A stretch of DNA of 64,000 nt. Source: Candidatus Woesearchaeota archaeon. Its GTDB lineage: Archaea; Nanobdellota; Nanobdellia; Pacearchaeales; GW2011-AR1. The position numbers and the translations under genes are program-made. Below, piece by piece: positions 10,123 through 19,790 of the stretch (the first letter of the stretch is position 1; every line of letters starts with the position of its first letter). Below the pieces are notes generated by a model, which worked only from the letters and a program-made list of their open reading frames with translations, did no database searches and had not been told where the DNA came from. The stretch spans positions 10,712-74,711 of the forward strand of contig CAYITD010000004.1 of NCBI GenBank assembly GCA_964366325.1, read 5' to 3'.

Positions 10123-10167
10123 TAGGTTTAGAACACGCTAGCATTTATAGAAATTGTTGTAATTGAA

Positions 10168-10371
10168 TTATCCCTTAATATCAGAAATACCAAGAAGAAC
10201 GAATAAAGCACCAATCATTATGACAATCCAGAATAAAGCGCCTTTGAAGAATTCACCAGCAGCACTCCAGAAATTCCATCCTGGGCCAAACCAGCCTGCT
10301 GAGTAGAATGCTATATATATTGGGACTACGATAAGTATTAAACCTATTAGAAGCTCCGACCATTTATTCAT
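10168..10371 (-). CDS. Small membrane protein, hypothetical
   Basis: Two TM helices, 67 aa. Confidence 0.6.
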   Translation of the reverse strand: MNKWSELLIGLILIVVPIYIAFYSAGWFGPGWNFWSAAGEFFKGALFWIVIMIGALFVLLGISDIKG

Positions 10372-10497
10372 ATATTATGTTAAAGCTTTAAGTATTTAAA
10401 TATTTTTATTCATTGGAAGATACTTTTATAGAAAAGAGAAGTTAACTTTGATAGCTCCGATTTGGTTTGAAGTTAAGGATTTATTTATAAAGAAGCT

Positions 10498-11118
10498 TTG
10501 TTTGTTTTGTTTATGACAGGAAGCAGCTCAATAATGATAGATCTTGATGATCCTAGAAGTGAAAAAATAGCAGAAGTTATCTCTAATAAAACTGCGAAGA
10601 AGATATTAATATCTTTAGCTGAAGGAGAAAAAAGCATAGGAGACATATCTTTAGAATTAGGTTTACCTGTTAATACTGTGAGTTATAACATAGATAAGAT
10701 GGTTGGAGCTGGGATTATAGAAAAGGCGAAGAAGTATTTATGGAGCGTTAAAGGGAGAAAAATAGAATACTACAAAGTCTCAAATAGAAGGATAATAATT
10801 GAACCTAAAAAAATGATCAGAGGAATAGTGCCTGTTTTATTGATTACTTTAGTTTTTGCTTTTTTAATTGGAAACTTTTATGTTATGAGTGAGAATGGAG
10901 TGAATAAATTTGCAATGACTAGAGAGAAAATAGCGGCTTCAGCTTTAGGTTTTGAGGGGACTCAAGGATCAGAACCTATGACTTTGAATGCAGAAGAGAA
11001 TTATGGAGAAGTGATATACAACTCTGGGATAGATAGTATTGACTCTTGGGCTTGGTTTTTAATAGGCGCCTGGTTTTCTTTGTTAGTTTTTATATTATGG
11101 AATTGGAGAAAAAACTAA
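10498..11118 (+). CDS. ArsR-like wHTH protein with C-terminal membrane segments
   Basis: ISNKTAKKILISL...SIGDISLELGLPVNTVSYNI HTH followed by two TM helices. Confidence 0.75.
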   Translation: MFVLFMTGSSSIMIDLDDPRSEKIAEVISNKTAKKILISLAEGEKSIGDISLELGLPVNTVSYNIDKMVGAGIIEKAKKYLWSVKGRKIEYYKVSNRRIIIEPKKMIRGIVPVLLITLVFAFLIGNFYVMSENGVNKFAMTREKIAASALGFEGTQGSEPMTLNAEENYGEVIYNSGIDSIDSWAWFLIGAWFSLLVFILWNWRKN

Positions 11119-11119
11119 A

Positions 11120-11875
11120 ATGAAAGGAGGTAAAAGAATAATGGACAGAAAGATAATTACAGGGGTAATCGTTTTAGGTATTTTAATTTTAGGGGCTTAC
11201 CTTTTTTCTTCTACAGGAGCAGTTGTTTCTGCGAGAGGAGAAAGTCTAATAGAGGTACAGCCTGATAGAGTTTCCGTTAATATAAACATAGATGTTAAGA
11301 ACAATACTGCCCAAGAAGCTCAGGAAACTGTAAAACAAATATCTGATAAAACTGTGAAGAATTTGGTTGCTGCGGGAATTTTGGAAGAGGATATAGAGCT
11401 TGCAGGATACAACATTTATTCTGATTATGAATATACTCCACAGGGAGGAAGTAAGCAAAAAGGATTTAGAGGGAGTCAACAGATAATTGTCAAAGTCTCT
11501 GATTTTGCTAAGATATCAGATGTTGTTGATTCAGCTATAAACTCTGGCTCTTTAGTTAGTTATATTAATTTTGACCTTTCCGATAGCAAGCAAAACGAGT
11601 ATAAGACTAAGGCTTTGACAGATGCTGGGAAGGATGCAAAGAAGAAAGCTGAGGCTACTGCTGCAGGTATAGGGAAAAACATTGGAAGATTGGTGTCTAT
11701 AGAGAATACAGAGTTTAATTATGGTGGGCCTTGGGCTTACTATGAGAAAAGCGCTTCTTTAGACAGTGTTGCAGGTGCAGGAACTGAGGCTAGAGAGGCT
11801 GCTATGAATATAAAACCTAGAACAACTGAAGTAAGAGCAAGCGTTAGCGTTGTTTACAGGTTGAGCAGATTTTAG
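11120..11875 (+). CDS. SIMPL (DUF541) domain protein
   Basis: Signal/TM, EVQPDRVSVNI, KALTDAGKDAKKKAE pattern. Confidence 0.88.
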   Translation: MKGGKRIMDRKIITGVIVLGILILGAYLFSSTGAVVSARGESLIEVQPDRVSVNINIDVKNNTAQEAQETVKQISDKTVKNLVAAGILEEDIELAGYNIYSDYEYTPQGGSKQKGFRGSQQIIVKVSDFAKISDVVDSAINSGSLVSYINFDLSDSKQNEYKTKALTDAGKDAKKKAEATAAGIGKNIGRLVSIENTEFNYGGPWAYYEKSASLDSVAGAGTEAREAAMNIKPRTTEVRASVSVVYRLSRF

Positions 11876-11930
11876 CTTTAATTGGGTTCAAGATCCATAG
11901 CCTTATATATTTGGTTTTTTTCTTTTTTTT

Positions 11931-12986
11931 ATGTTAACTGATGAACAGATAATGGAAGTTAGGGAACATCTGGAAAGAGCACAGAACCCTGTTTTTTATT
12001 ATGATAATGATGCGGATGGTTTGTGCAGTTTCGCTTTACTTAGAAGATTTATAGATAGAGGAAAGGGAGTTGCTGTGAGGAGCTTTCCAGATTTAAACAA
12101 AAGCTATGCCAGAAAAGCTTTAGAGTTCAATTCAGATTATGTTTTTGTTTTAGATAAACCTTTTTTGTCTAAGGAATTTTTAGATGAAATAAAACTATTG
12201 GGGTTGCCTGTTGTTTGGATTGATCATCATGAGCTGCCGATCCAAGATTATGAAAAATCAAATGATAATCTTTTCGTTTATAATCCAGCTAGGAATAATG
12301 GCAAAGATAAAAGTACAGAACCTGTAACCTATCTTAGCTATAAAATCTCTTTAAGAAAGGAAGATGTTTGGCTTGCAATAATCGGCTGTATAGCTGATCA
12401 TTACATGCCAGAGTTTGCTTCGGAGTTTGAAAAAAGATTTCCTGATTACTGGGGTAAAGTTAAAGACCCATTTGATGCGTATTACGGTACTGAAATAGGA
12501 AAGATAGCAAAAATTTTTAACTTTGGACTGAAGGATTCAATAACTAATGTTGTTAAATTACAAAACTTTTTGATAACTGCTAAAGGGCCTCAAGAAGTAT
12601 TATTGGAAGAATATTCTAATTCTACTTTTAGAAGAAAATATCATGATGTGAACAAGAAATATCTTTCTCTTGTTGAGAAAGCCAAGAACTGTCTTGATGG
12701 AGATTTTTTATTTTTTGATTATTCTGGAGATTTAAGTATAAGCTCTGATATTGCTAATGAGCTTTGTTATTTATATCCTAATAAGTTTATTGTGGTGGCG
12801 TATAAAAGAGGAGAAGTGTGTAATGTTTCTTTGAGAGGAAAAAATGTTAAAAAGCATATTGCTGGTGTTTTAAAGAGTATAGATGGGACTGGAGGAGGTC
12901 ATGAAGATGCTGTTGGAGCTAGGATAAGCTCTAGGGATTTTGATAAGTTTAAGGAAATTTTTATGGAAGAAGTTGGAAAGAATTAA
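11931..12986 (+). CDS. DHH family phosphoesterase (RecJ-like)
   Basis: DNDADG, LDKP, IDHH and GGGHEDAVG motifs. Confidence 0.88.
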   Translation: MLTDEQIMEVREHLERAQNPVFYYDNDADGLCSFALLRRFIDRGKGVAVRSFPDLNKSYARKALEFNSDYVFVLDKPFLSKEFLDEIKLLGLPVVWIDHHELPIQDYEKSNDNLFVYNPARNNGKDKSTEPVTYLSYKISLRKEDVWLAIIGCIADHYMPEFASEFEKRFPDYWGKVKDPFDAYYGTEIGKIAKIFNFGLKDSITNVVKLQNFLITAKGPQEVLLEEYSNSTFRRKYHDVNKKYLSLVEKAKNCLDGDFLFFDYSGDLSISSDIANELCYLYPNKFIVVAYKRGEVCNVSLRGKNVKKHIAGVLKSIDGTGGGHEDAVGARISSRDFDKFKEIFMEEVGKN

Positions 12987-13019
12987 ATGTTTTGACTGAA
13001 ACAAAATCTTTAAAACTAG

Positions 13020-13742
13020 TTGTTAGTTTCAGTTCCGATGAAAAGTAAAGAAAATGCGCAGATTCCAAAGCATGTTGCAATTATTCCAGATGGGAATAGA
13101 AGATGGGCTAGATCGAAGAATTTAATTGAATTAAAAGGTCACGAAAAATCAGCTGAGAAAAGCAATGTAATTTCTCTGATTGAGGAAGCCTTCGCTTTAA
13201 AGATTGACTATGTTTCTATATGGGGCTTTTCAACTGAAAATTGGAAAAGGAAAAAAATAGAAGTTAGTTTTCTTTTTAACTTAATGATGAAAGTTATAAG
13301 AGATTTGAGAGAGTATATAGCAGAAAAAGAAATAAGATTTAGACATATTGGCAGAAAAGATAGACTACCTAAAAAACTTGCTTTGGAGCTAGAATTACTT
13401 GAGAAGGAGACGAAAAATAATAATAAACTAAACTTACAAATATTTCTTGACTATGGTGGAAGAGACGAAATAGTAAGATCTGTTAATAAGATTTTGAATG
13501 AACGCAGGAAAAAAATAACAGAAGACGAATTTTCTCTGTATTTGGATACTTATGGGCTCCCTGATCCTGATTTTATTATAAGAACTAGCGGCGAACTTAG
13601 ACTTAGTGGTTTGATGCCTTTTCAATCTGTTTACTCGGAACTTTATTTTTCTGAAAAAAACTTTCCGGACTTTAAGGCAGAAGATTTTAGGAAAGCCGTT
13701 TTTGAATTTTCGGAAAGAAAAAGAAGATTTGGTGGGAATTAG
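13020..13742 (+). CDS. uppS: Polyprenyl (undecaprenyl) diphosphate synthase
   Basis: HVAIIPDGNRRWA, FSTENWKR, DYGGRDEI, RTSGELRLSG. Confidence 0.95.
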   Translation: MLVSVPMKSKENAQIPKHVAIIPDGNRRWARSKNLIELKGHEKSAEKSNVISLIEEAFALKIDYVSIWGFSTENWKRKKIEVSFLFNLMMKVIRDLREYIAEKEIRFRHIGRKDRLPKKLALELELLEKETKNNNKLNLQIFLDYGGRDEIVRSVNKILNERRKKITEDEFSLYLDTYGLPDPDFIIRTSGELRLSGLMPFQSVYSELYFSEKNFPDFKAEDFRKAVFEFSERKRRFGGN

Positions 13743-13786
13743 ATCTGATTAAATAAGTTTAAAAATGAATTATTTTACTTTTTATT

Positions 13787-14776
13787 ATGGAAGACAAACA
13801 AAAAATTGCTAGGAAGAATTTGCTGCGAGAAAGTGAAGAGATAGATGGAACGAAAATTGAAGGATATGATTTTGATAAAGGCGTCGACTATAAAGAACTA
13901 ATAAAAAGCTTTTCCTCAACTGGATTCCAAGCTTCGCACTTTGCAAAAGCTATTGAAATAGTGGATGAAATGATAAAAGAAAAAACCTTCATTTATTTGG
14001 GATATACTTCCAATATGGTTAGCTCTGGATTGCGTGATATTTTTAGGTACCTTGTAAAAAATAAGAAAGTTGATGTCGTTGTGACAACTGCTGGAGGTAT
14101 AGAGGAAGATATAATCAAGTGCCTTGGAGATTTTATTTTGGGAGATTTTAGAGCAAACGGGGAAAAACTTAGGGAAAAGGGAATTAATAGAATAGGCAAT
14201 ATATATGCTCCGAACAATAGATATGTTGATTTTGAAAAATTTTTACAACCAATACTTGAAGAGGTTTGGCAAAAACAAGAAAAAACTGGAGAAGTCATAA
14301 TACCAAGTGAATTAATTTGGAAACTTGGGGAGAAAATTAATGATGAAAAAAGCATATGTTATTGGGCTTGGAAAAATAAAATAAAGATTTATTGTCCTGC
14401 AATTGGTGATGGGGCTTTGGGAGACAATATTTACTTTTTTAGAAGCAAGAGGGAAAATTTTAAAATTGATCTTGCTGGAGACATAAAAGAATTTAATGAT
14501 ACTTCAGTTGGTTTGAAGAAATCTGGAATTATAATTTTGGGGAGCGGCGTCGTAAAACATGCAATTTTGAATGCTAATATGTTAAGAAATGGAGCAGATT
14601 ATGCAGTTTATATAAACAATTCTCAAGAGTTTGATGGTAGTGATGCTGGAGCAACGCCTGAGGAAGCAGTTTCATGGGGAAAAATTTTACCTAAGGCTAA
14701 AAGCGTAAAAGTTTTTGGAGATGCTACAATACTGTTCTCTTTGCTAGTTGCAGAAAGTTTTGCCCTAAAAAAATAA
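13787..14776 (+). CDS. dys: Deoxyhypusine synthase
   Basis: LGYTSNMVSSG, TTAGGIEED, GINRIGN, DGSDAGATPEEAVSWGK. Confidence 0.95.
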   Translation: MEDKQKIARKNLLRESEEIDGTKIEGYDFDKGVDYKELIKSFSSTGFQASHFAKAIEIVDEMIKEKTFIYLGYTSNMVSSGLRDIFRYLVKNKKVDVVVTTAGGIEEDIIKCLGDFILGDFRANGEKLREKGINRIGNIYAPNNRYVDFEKFLQPILEEVWQKQEKTGEVIIPSELIWKLGEKINDEKSICYWAWKNKIKIYCPAIGDGALGDNIYFFRSKRENFKIDLAGDIKEFNDTSVGLKKSGIIILGSGVVKHAILNANMLRNGADYAVYINNSQEFDGSDAGATPEEAVSWGKILPKAKSVKVFGDATILFSLLVAESFALKK

Positions 14777-14994
14777 AAATTTTAAAAATTTTTATCGAGG
14801 ATAAATTTTTCAAAAGGGAAAAGTTTAAAAATAAATTTTATATAACTTTGTTATAAATTTTATAATTCAATAAAGGAAAAATAAGAAATGAACCAAAATC
14901 GCCTGAGTCAGATTTTCTCTGCGTGTTTGTCGGATGCTAGGGTTTTATCAGATGTTAATTTGCTTAATTTCTTTTCTATGAATTTTCTTAAAAA

Positions 14995-15483
14995 ATGAAA
15001 ATATTTGTTACATACGGAGCTGGGAGAGGAAGAACATACAAGAGCGCTTTTGATGCCGCTTTATGGGATGCTGGAATAGCCAACTATAATATTTTAGAAT
15101 TAAGTTCCGTTGTTCCAAATGGAACAGATATAGAAATAAAAAAAATTAACTATAATGAACGAAATAATCATGCAGAAAGAGGTTTCAAATTATATGCTGT
15201 TTTAGCTTATAAAAATGAAACTATGCCTGGAAAAGAAGCTTGGGCTGGAGTTGGATGGATTCAGAGTAAAAAGGATAAAGGCGGATTATTTGTTGAACAT
15301 CATGGAGAATCTAAGGAAGAAGTTGAAAAACTGATAGAGGATTCTTTGGAAGACATGAAGAAATATAGGAAAGAGGATTTTGGAGAAATACAAATGAAAG
15401 TTCATGGTATAAAATGCGAAGGTGATGAAGTTTGCTCTTTAGTTAGTGCTGTTTTTGAGAGTGAAGATTGGAGAAGGGGCTAA
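14995..15483 (+). CDS. pdaD: Pyruvoyl-dependent arginine decarboxylase
   Basis: SAFDAALWDAGIANYNILELSSVVP self-cleavage motif. Confidence 0.9.
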   Translation: MKIFVTYGAGRGRTYKSAFDAALWDAGIANYNILELSSVVPNGTDIEIKKINYNERNNHAERGFKLYAVLAYKNETMPGKEAWAGVGWIQSKKDKGGLFVEHHGESKEEVEKLIEDSLEDMKKYRKEDFGEIQMKVHGIKCEGDEVCSLVSAVFESEDWRRG

Positions 15484-15644
15484 ATCAAAACTTTCCCATT
15501 TTTCAATATACTCTCCGCTATTTTTCTTGTCAACTTCTTTCCAAAATGTTCTTTTAAACAAAATATAATACCTATAAACTGGTATTTTAAAAAATATTTA
15601 TTTATCTTTTACCATTATTTTGGTATTTTTAGTGGTGAATGTAA

Positions 15645-16394
15645 TCAAAAAGTTTTTATAACAAAGTCAGAAACTTCCTTAAAATTTGGAAGGTTGCCAA
15701 TAATCAAAGCGTTTAGCTCTGAATCCCAAATTTCTTTCTTATCTTTTACAGCTTCTTTAAATTCTCTTAGAACAAATTTCTTTTTGTAATACTCTAACTT
15801 TTTATTTATTAAATTAATTTCAGGTTTAACACTTTTCTTCAATAAAAAATATATATCAAAAAGGTCTCTTGCCTGATTTCTTGTTAGCAAAGCTCTTATT
15901 TTTTCAGCCAAAATCTCTTTTTCAGCCATTACACTAACATTAAAACCTAATATCTCTCTATAAATTGATTTATGTTCTAAAAATAAAAAATTCTCAACGT
16001 TTTCTCTTTTGCTTATGTCAACACTTACAAAACATCTTTCAATCTCCTTGTTAAACAAAGGGCCTTCTGCACCAATTTTAAAAGTTATAGACTTATCATC
16101 TTGACTAATTGATGATATTTTTGAGCTTATGCCTAAATTATCTAAATCTTTCTTAATATTTAATGCGACTTTATTTATGTCTAGTTCCTTTATCATAGTA
16201 AAATCAAGATCCTCTGAAAATCTATTTAATCCATAAAAGAATAAGAGACAAGTTCCTCCTTTGAAAACTAGTTCATCATTAATTGTAGAATATATGGAAT
16301 TTAGGACAATTGTTTGAATATAATGTTTTTCTTGCTGATAGGGCTTAAAATGTGAAAATCTTGCAACATCTTTCAATTCATCTTTATTCATCAT
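15645..16394 (-). CDS. AbiEii-family nucleotidyltransferase toxin
   Basis: FKGGTCL...RFSEDLDF, EKIRAL..R.QARDLFD. Confidence 0.9.
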   Translation of the reverse strand: MMNKDELKDVARFSHFKPYQQEKHYIQTIVLNSIYSTINDELVFKGGTCLLFFYGLNRFSEDLDFTMIKELDINKVALNIKKDLDNLGISSKISSISQDDKSITFKIGAEGPLFNKEIERCFVSVDISKRENVENFLFLEHKSIYREILGFNVSVMAEKEILAEKIRALLTRNQARDLFDIYFLLKKSVKPEINLINKKLEYYKKKFVLREFKEAVKDKKEIWDSELNALIIGNLPNFKEVSDFVIKTF

Positions 16395-17089
16395 TTTAAG
16401 TCTTCGTTAATGTACATCCTCCATTTGTTATTATATTTGCCCTTTATCTTTCTTGAAGGATTTAATTTATATATAGTCTTCTTTCTCTTTTTTATACTGT
16501 GCTCTATTTCAAGATAATCCAGTAAAAAGCCTATTTTTCTATTTAAACTCTCTTTTTTAATAATAGAAAGATAATATTCAATTTTTTTCGTGTCTGCTTT
16601 TTTTAAAGCGTTTAAAATAACAAGAGTATTACAATATTTATTTAGTAATATACAGTCAATTATCGTTTTTTCTATGTCTGAAATAAAAATATAGCTATTC
16701 TCTTTTTTTACTTTTTTATAACCAAAAATTATTTTAGGATTGATTTTAATGAATATCACTTCATTGCCTAAAATTTTCATTTTCCTCTTCTTTTTAGGAC
16801 TCAATACATAAATTTTATCAATTATTTGCGAGAGTTCGTTATTTAAATACAAAGAAGTAGTCAATCCAAGATAAGAAGGAAAAGTTAATTGGGAAGCTAT
16901 CACGAAAATATCTTCCGAAACAGAAAATTTATTTTTCTCTAGCTTGAATAAAAGTCCCTTCTTAACCATTCTATTAGCATAAACCGCAGAAATATTTTTA
17001 GGTTTTTCAATAATTCTTGAAATTTCATTCAAGCCAAAAACTGCCCTTTCTTGTTTTTCTAATTTGCCCCTAATTTCATACAAATTCAT
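16391..17089 (-). CDS. AbiEi-family antitoxin / transcriptional regulator
   Basis: N-terminal wHTH, PSYLGLTTSL, EKTIIDC; 4-nt overlap with abiEii. Confidence 0.85.
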   Translation of the reverse strand: MNLYEIRGKLEKQERAVFGLNEISRIIEKPKNISAVYANRMVKKGLLFKLEKNKFSVSEDIFVIASQLTFPSYLGLTTSLYLNNELSQIIDKIYVLSPKKKRKMKILGNEVIFIKINPKIIFGYKKVKKENSYIFISDIEKTIIDCILLNKYCNTLVILNALKKADTKKIEYYLSIIKKESLNRKIGFLLDYLEIEHSIKKRKKTIYKLNPSRKIKGKYNNKWRMYINEDLK

Positions 17090-17137
17090 AGTTTATTTCA
17101 ATCTTCTATATTCTTAAATCTTTCTATTTTCTAGTAT

Positions 17138-17163
17138 CAAGATTAACAAAATTGTTAATCTTG
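17138..17163. promoter_or_regulatory. 12-bp perfect inverted repeat upstream of abiE operon (candidate operator)
   Basis: CAAGATTAACAA-AA-TTGTTAATCTTG. Confidence 0.5.
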
Positions 17164-17317
17164 GCTATTTTATATATAGTCTTTAAAGATATTTATTCAT
17201 ATTTTACTATTATTTTTGTACTTTTAAAGGATAAATGTTAGCTATATTTATACTCAACTATAAAACAGAGAACAAAAGTGCCCACATATTTATAAATTAA
17301 ATTCAAATAGAAAAGTT

Positions 17318-18679
17318 ATGAAACAAGAAGGAATGATCGGTCTTGAAATACATGTTTACCTTGTAACTAAAGAAAAGCTATTTTGCAGATGCAAGGCAGT
17401 TAGAGAAAAGGGTACTAGGCCTAATATTTATATTTGTCCAATTTGTACTGGACAACCTGGGGCGAAACCAATGACTCCAAATAAAACAGCAGTTGAAAAA
17501 GCAATTCAAGTAGGGCTTATGTTAGGATGTAAAGTAAACAATTCAGTAAACTGGCAGAGAAAACACTACACTTGGCCAGATCTTCCTAAAGGTTATCAAA
17601 ATACTATCTCTGGAGGAAGAGTTTCTGGGCTTGCCGTAAATGGAGAGTTTATGGGAATTAAAATAAGAGAAATGCATCTTGAAGAGGATCCTGCTTCTTG
17701 GGAGCCTGAAACTGGAAGAGTAGATTACAATCGTTCTGGCTTGCCTTTAATTGAAATCGTTACAGAACCTGATTTTTCAACTTCTGAAGAAGTTGTCAAT
17801 TGGCTCAAAAAACTTCTGTTGAATCTTGAATATTTAAAAGCCGTAGCCCACGACGCAGGAATAAAAGCCGATGTGAATGTTAACATTCCAGGAAAAACAG
17901 AAAGAGTTGAAATAAAAAATATTAATTCTTTGGAAAACATAGAAAAAGCAATAGAATACGAATTTGAAAGACAAACTAGAGAAGGCAGCGAGAGAGAGAC
18001 GAGAAGATACGATTCTCAAAAAGGAAAAACAATAAAAATGAGGAGCAAAGAAGGATCTGAAGATTATCGTTTTATCCGCGACCCTGATTTACAAAATTTA
18101 GTTTTTGAAGATAAATTCATAGAAGAAATGAGGGGAAAACTTCCAGAGACTCCTGAAAAGAAACTTAATAACTTAATAAAAAAATTCAAAATAGATAAAA
18201 AAGATGCAGAAGTTCTTGCAAAGAATCTTGAAATTGTTGAATTTTATGAAAAAGTTGCGGAAAGAATTGATGGTAAATTTGCTCTGCCTTGGGTAACCAT
18301 CGAGTTGTTAAGGCACTTAAATTATAATAAAAAGAAATTAGACGAAATAAATATCTCTGTTGAACACTTTGTTGAACTCATAAAGGCTGTTAAAGAGGGC
18401 AAAATAACGGAATTGCAAGGAAAAGAAATACTTAACAAATTCAATCCTGCTAGTTTCTCAATAAAAGAAAAAGGTTTTCAAGGAAAAATTACAGATGAAG
18501 GAAGTTTAGAAAAAGCATGTAAAGAAGTAATATCGAAAAACAAAGAAGCTGTTGAAAAAATCAGAAACGGAGACCCTAAAGTTCTAAATTTCTTGATTGG
18601 AGAAGTTATGCGAAAAACCGAAAAAAGAGCAGATTTTAAAGTTGTTAGAGAATTGCTGGAAAAACTTCTTAGTCACTAA
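17318..18679 (+). CDS. gatB: Asp/Glu-tRNA amidotransferase subunit B
   Basis: GLEIHVYL, RKHYTWPDLPKGYQ, HLEEDP, DYNRSGLPLIEIVTEPD; no GatE-type insertion apparent. Confidence 0.88.
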   Translation: MKQEGMIGLEIHVYLVTKEKLFCRCKAVREKGTRPNIYICPICTGQPGAKPMTPNKTAVEKAIQVGLMLGCKVNNSVNWQRKHYTWPDLPKGYQNTISGGRVSGLAVNGEFMGIKIREMHLEEDPASWEPETGRVDYNRSGLPLIEIVTEPDFSTSEEVVNWLKKLLLNLEYLKAVAHDAGIKADVNVNIPGKTERVEIKNINSLENIEKAIEYEFERQTREGSERETRRYDSQKGKTIKMRSKEGSEDYRFIRDPDLQNLVFEDKFIEEMRGKLPETPEKKLNNLIKKFKIDKKDAEVLAKNLEIVEFYEKVAERIDGKFALPWVTIELLRHLNYNKKKLDEINISVEHFVELIKAVKEGKITELQGKEILNKFNPASFSIKEKGFQGKITDEGSLEKACKEVISKNKEAVEKIRNGDPKVLNFLIGEVMRKTEKRADFKVVRELLEKLLSH

Positions 18680-18956
18680 AAACCACTTTTATTAAACCAG
18701 AAGCTCGGAAAAATCTTCTTGCCTTTCTCTCGATTATAAGTTTCTCTCTTTCAGAAATTATTAGAGATACTTCTGTATTTTTAGACACTAAAGCAGATTT
18801 TTCAACATCCTTTGCTCCTAACAAATAGCCATTTACACTTATTTTATCATTATCTACTAATGGATTTTCATTATTATATCTGTACTCCATAAGAATATAT
18901 TTTCCTGCATATCTCATGACTCCTATCGCCCTATTATCTTCCTCTCTTTTCACCAC
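18669..18956 (-). CDS. Hypothetical protein
   Basis: 95-aa ORF with protein-like composition. Confidence 0.5.
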   Translation of the reverse strand: MVKREEDNRAIGVMRYAGKYILMEYRYNNENPLVDNDKISVNGYLLGAKDVEKSALVSKNTEVSLIISEREKLIIERKARRFFRASGLIKVVFSD

Positions 18957-19037
18957 AAAATTAAATTATACCTTAGTTTAAAAGAATAACTGCAGATGAA
19001 CAAATACATTTATTAGTCTAAATCTTTATTCTCAGTT

Positions 19038-19125
19038 GAGCCCATAGTTTAACGGATAGAATGTCAGGCTTCGGAGAATAGATTGGAGAAACCTGAAGAT
19101 AGGGGTTCAATTCCTCTTGGGCTCA
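19038..19125 (+). tRNA. tRNA-Arg(TCG) with 16-nt canonical intron at 19075-19090
   Basis: Acceptor GAGCCCA/TGGGCTC, anticodon stem TCAGG/CCTGA, BHB helix CTTC/GGAG with GGA and AAA bulges. Confidence 0.92.
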
Positions 19126-19126
19126 T

Positions 19127-19386
19127 TTATTTAGATTCTTTTCCTAAATCTCTAATTTCTGAATCAGCTTCAATTAACTTCTCTAATAACTCAGGACGTT
19201 CTTTCGCTCTTCTATATAACAAAGCCAATTTAAGATCTCCTAACAATTCTTGAGCATAAGGCTGGTTTACATGATCACGATAAATATTATTTGCTTCACT
19301 AAGTGGATCTTTACTTGTCCTTATAGCACGTATACACTATCAACTAATCTTCCATATACCCCATCTCTATAATTTCCTTCAGTCAT
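19127..19386 (-). pseudogene. Small hypothetical gene broken by a 1-nt frameshift (or assembly error)
   Basis: ATG at 19386 gives MTEGNYRDGVYGRLVDSVY then stop; an alternative frame continues RAIRTSKDPLSEA...DLGKESK*; span is 260 nt = 87 codons minus 1. Confidence 0.55.
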
Positions 19387-19433
19387 TTTTTATTCACAAA
19401 ATTAGTATTTTTAAGCATTTGTGTGTTTTTATT

Positions 19434-19754
19434 TTACGCAGCTAAGGAATAACGGCCCATTTCTCTGAGGTTGTAGCCGACTTTGGATGCTGCATGGAGA
19501 TCTGTTCGATGTTCGTCTATTAATCCTTGGGCATGTGCAGACTCATGGGCTCGGACAAATGTTTCTTGATATTGTGAAAGATCGTTTCTTATATGAATTG
19601 TGTGGGATGTTGGATGGTACATGCCTAAGACAGAAGAAGGAAGTTCATGAGATGAAACTCTTCTTATTTCAGCTCCACTGTCGTAGTCTATATCTAGAGT
19701 TGGTTCTTGGTTTACATAATGGTCTAGGAATTTTAGATTTGGTTTCTCTCTCAT
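19434..19754 (-). CDS. Small HExxH metallopeptidase-like protein (ImmA/IrrE-like)
   Basis: VLGMY...TIHIRNDLSQYQETFVRAHESAH. Confidence 0.6.
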   Translation of the reverse strand: MREKPNLKFLDHYVNQEPTLDIDYDSGAEIRRVSSHELPSSVLGMYHPTSHTIHIRNDLSQYQETFVRAHESAHAQGLIDEHRTDLHAASKVGYNLREMGRYSLAA

Positions 19755-19790
19755 GTTATTTGGTGAAATGATAAGATTTAATAAAGTTAT

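Noticed and set aside
19246-19256. TCTTGAGCAT match to the element core
   Set aside because: No partner arm or second stem, and it lies within a coding frame.
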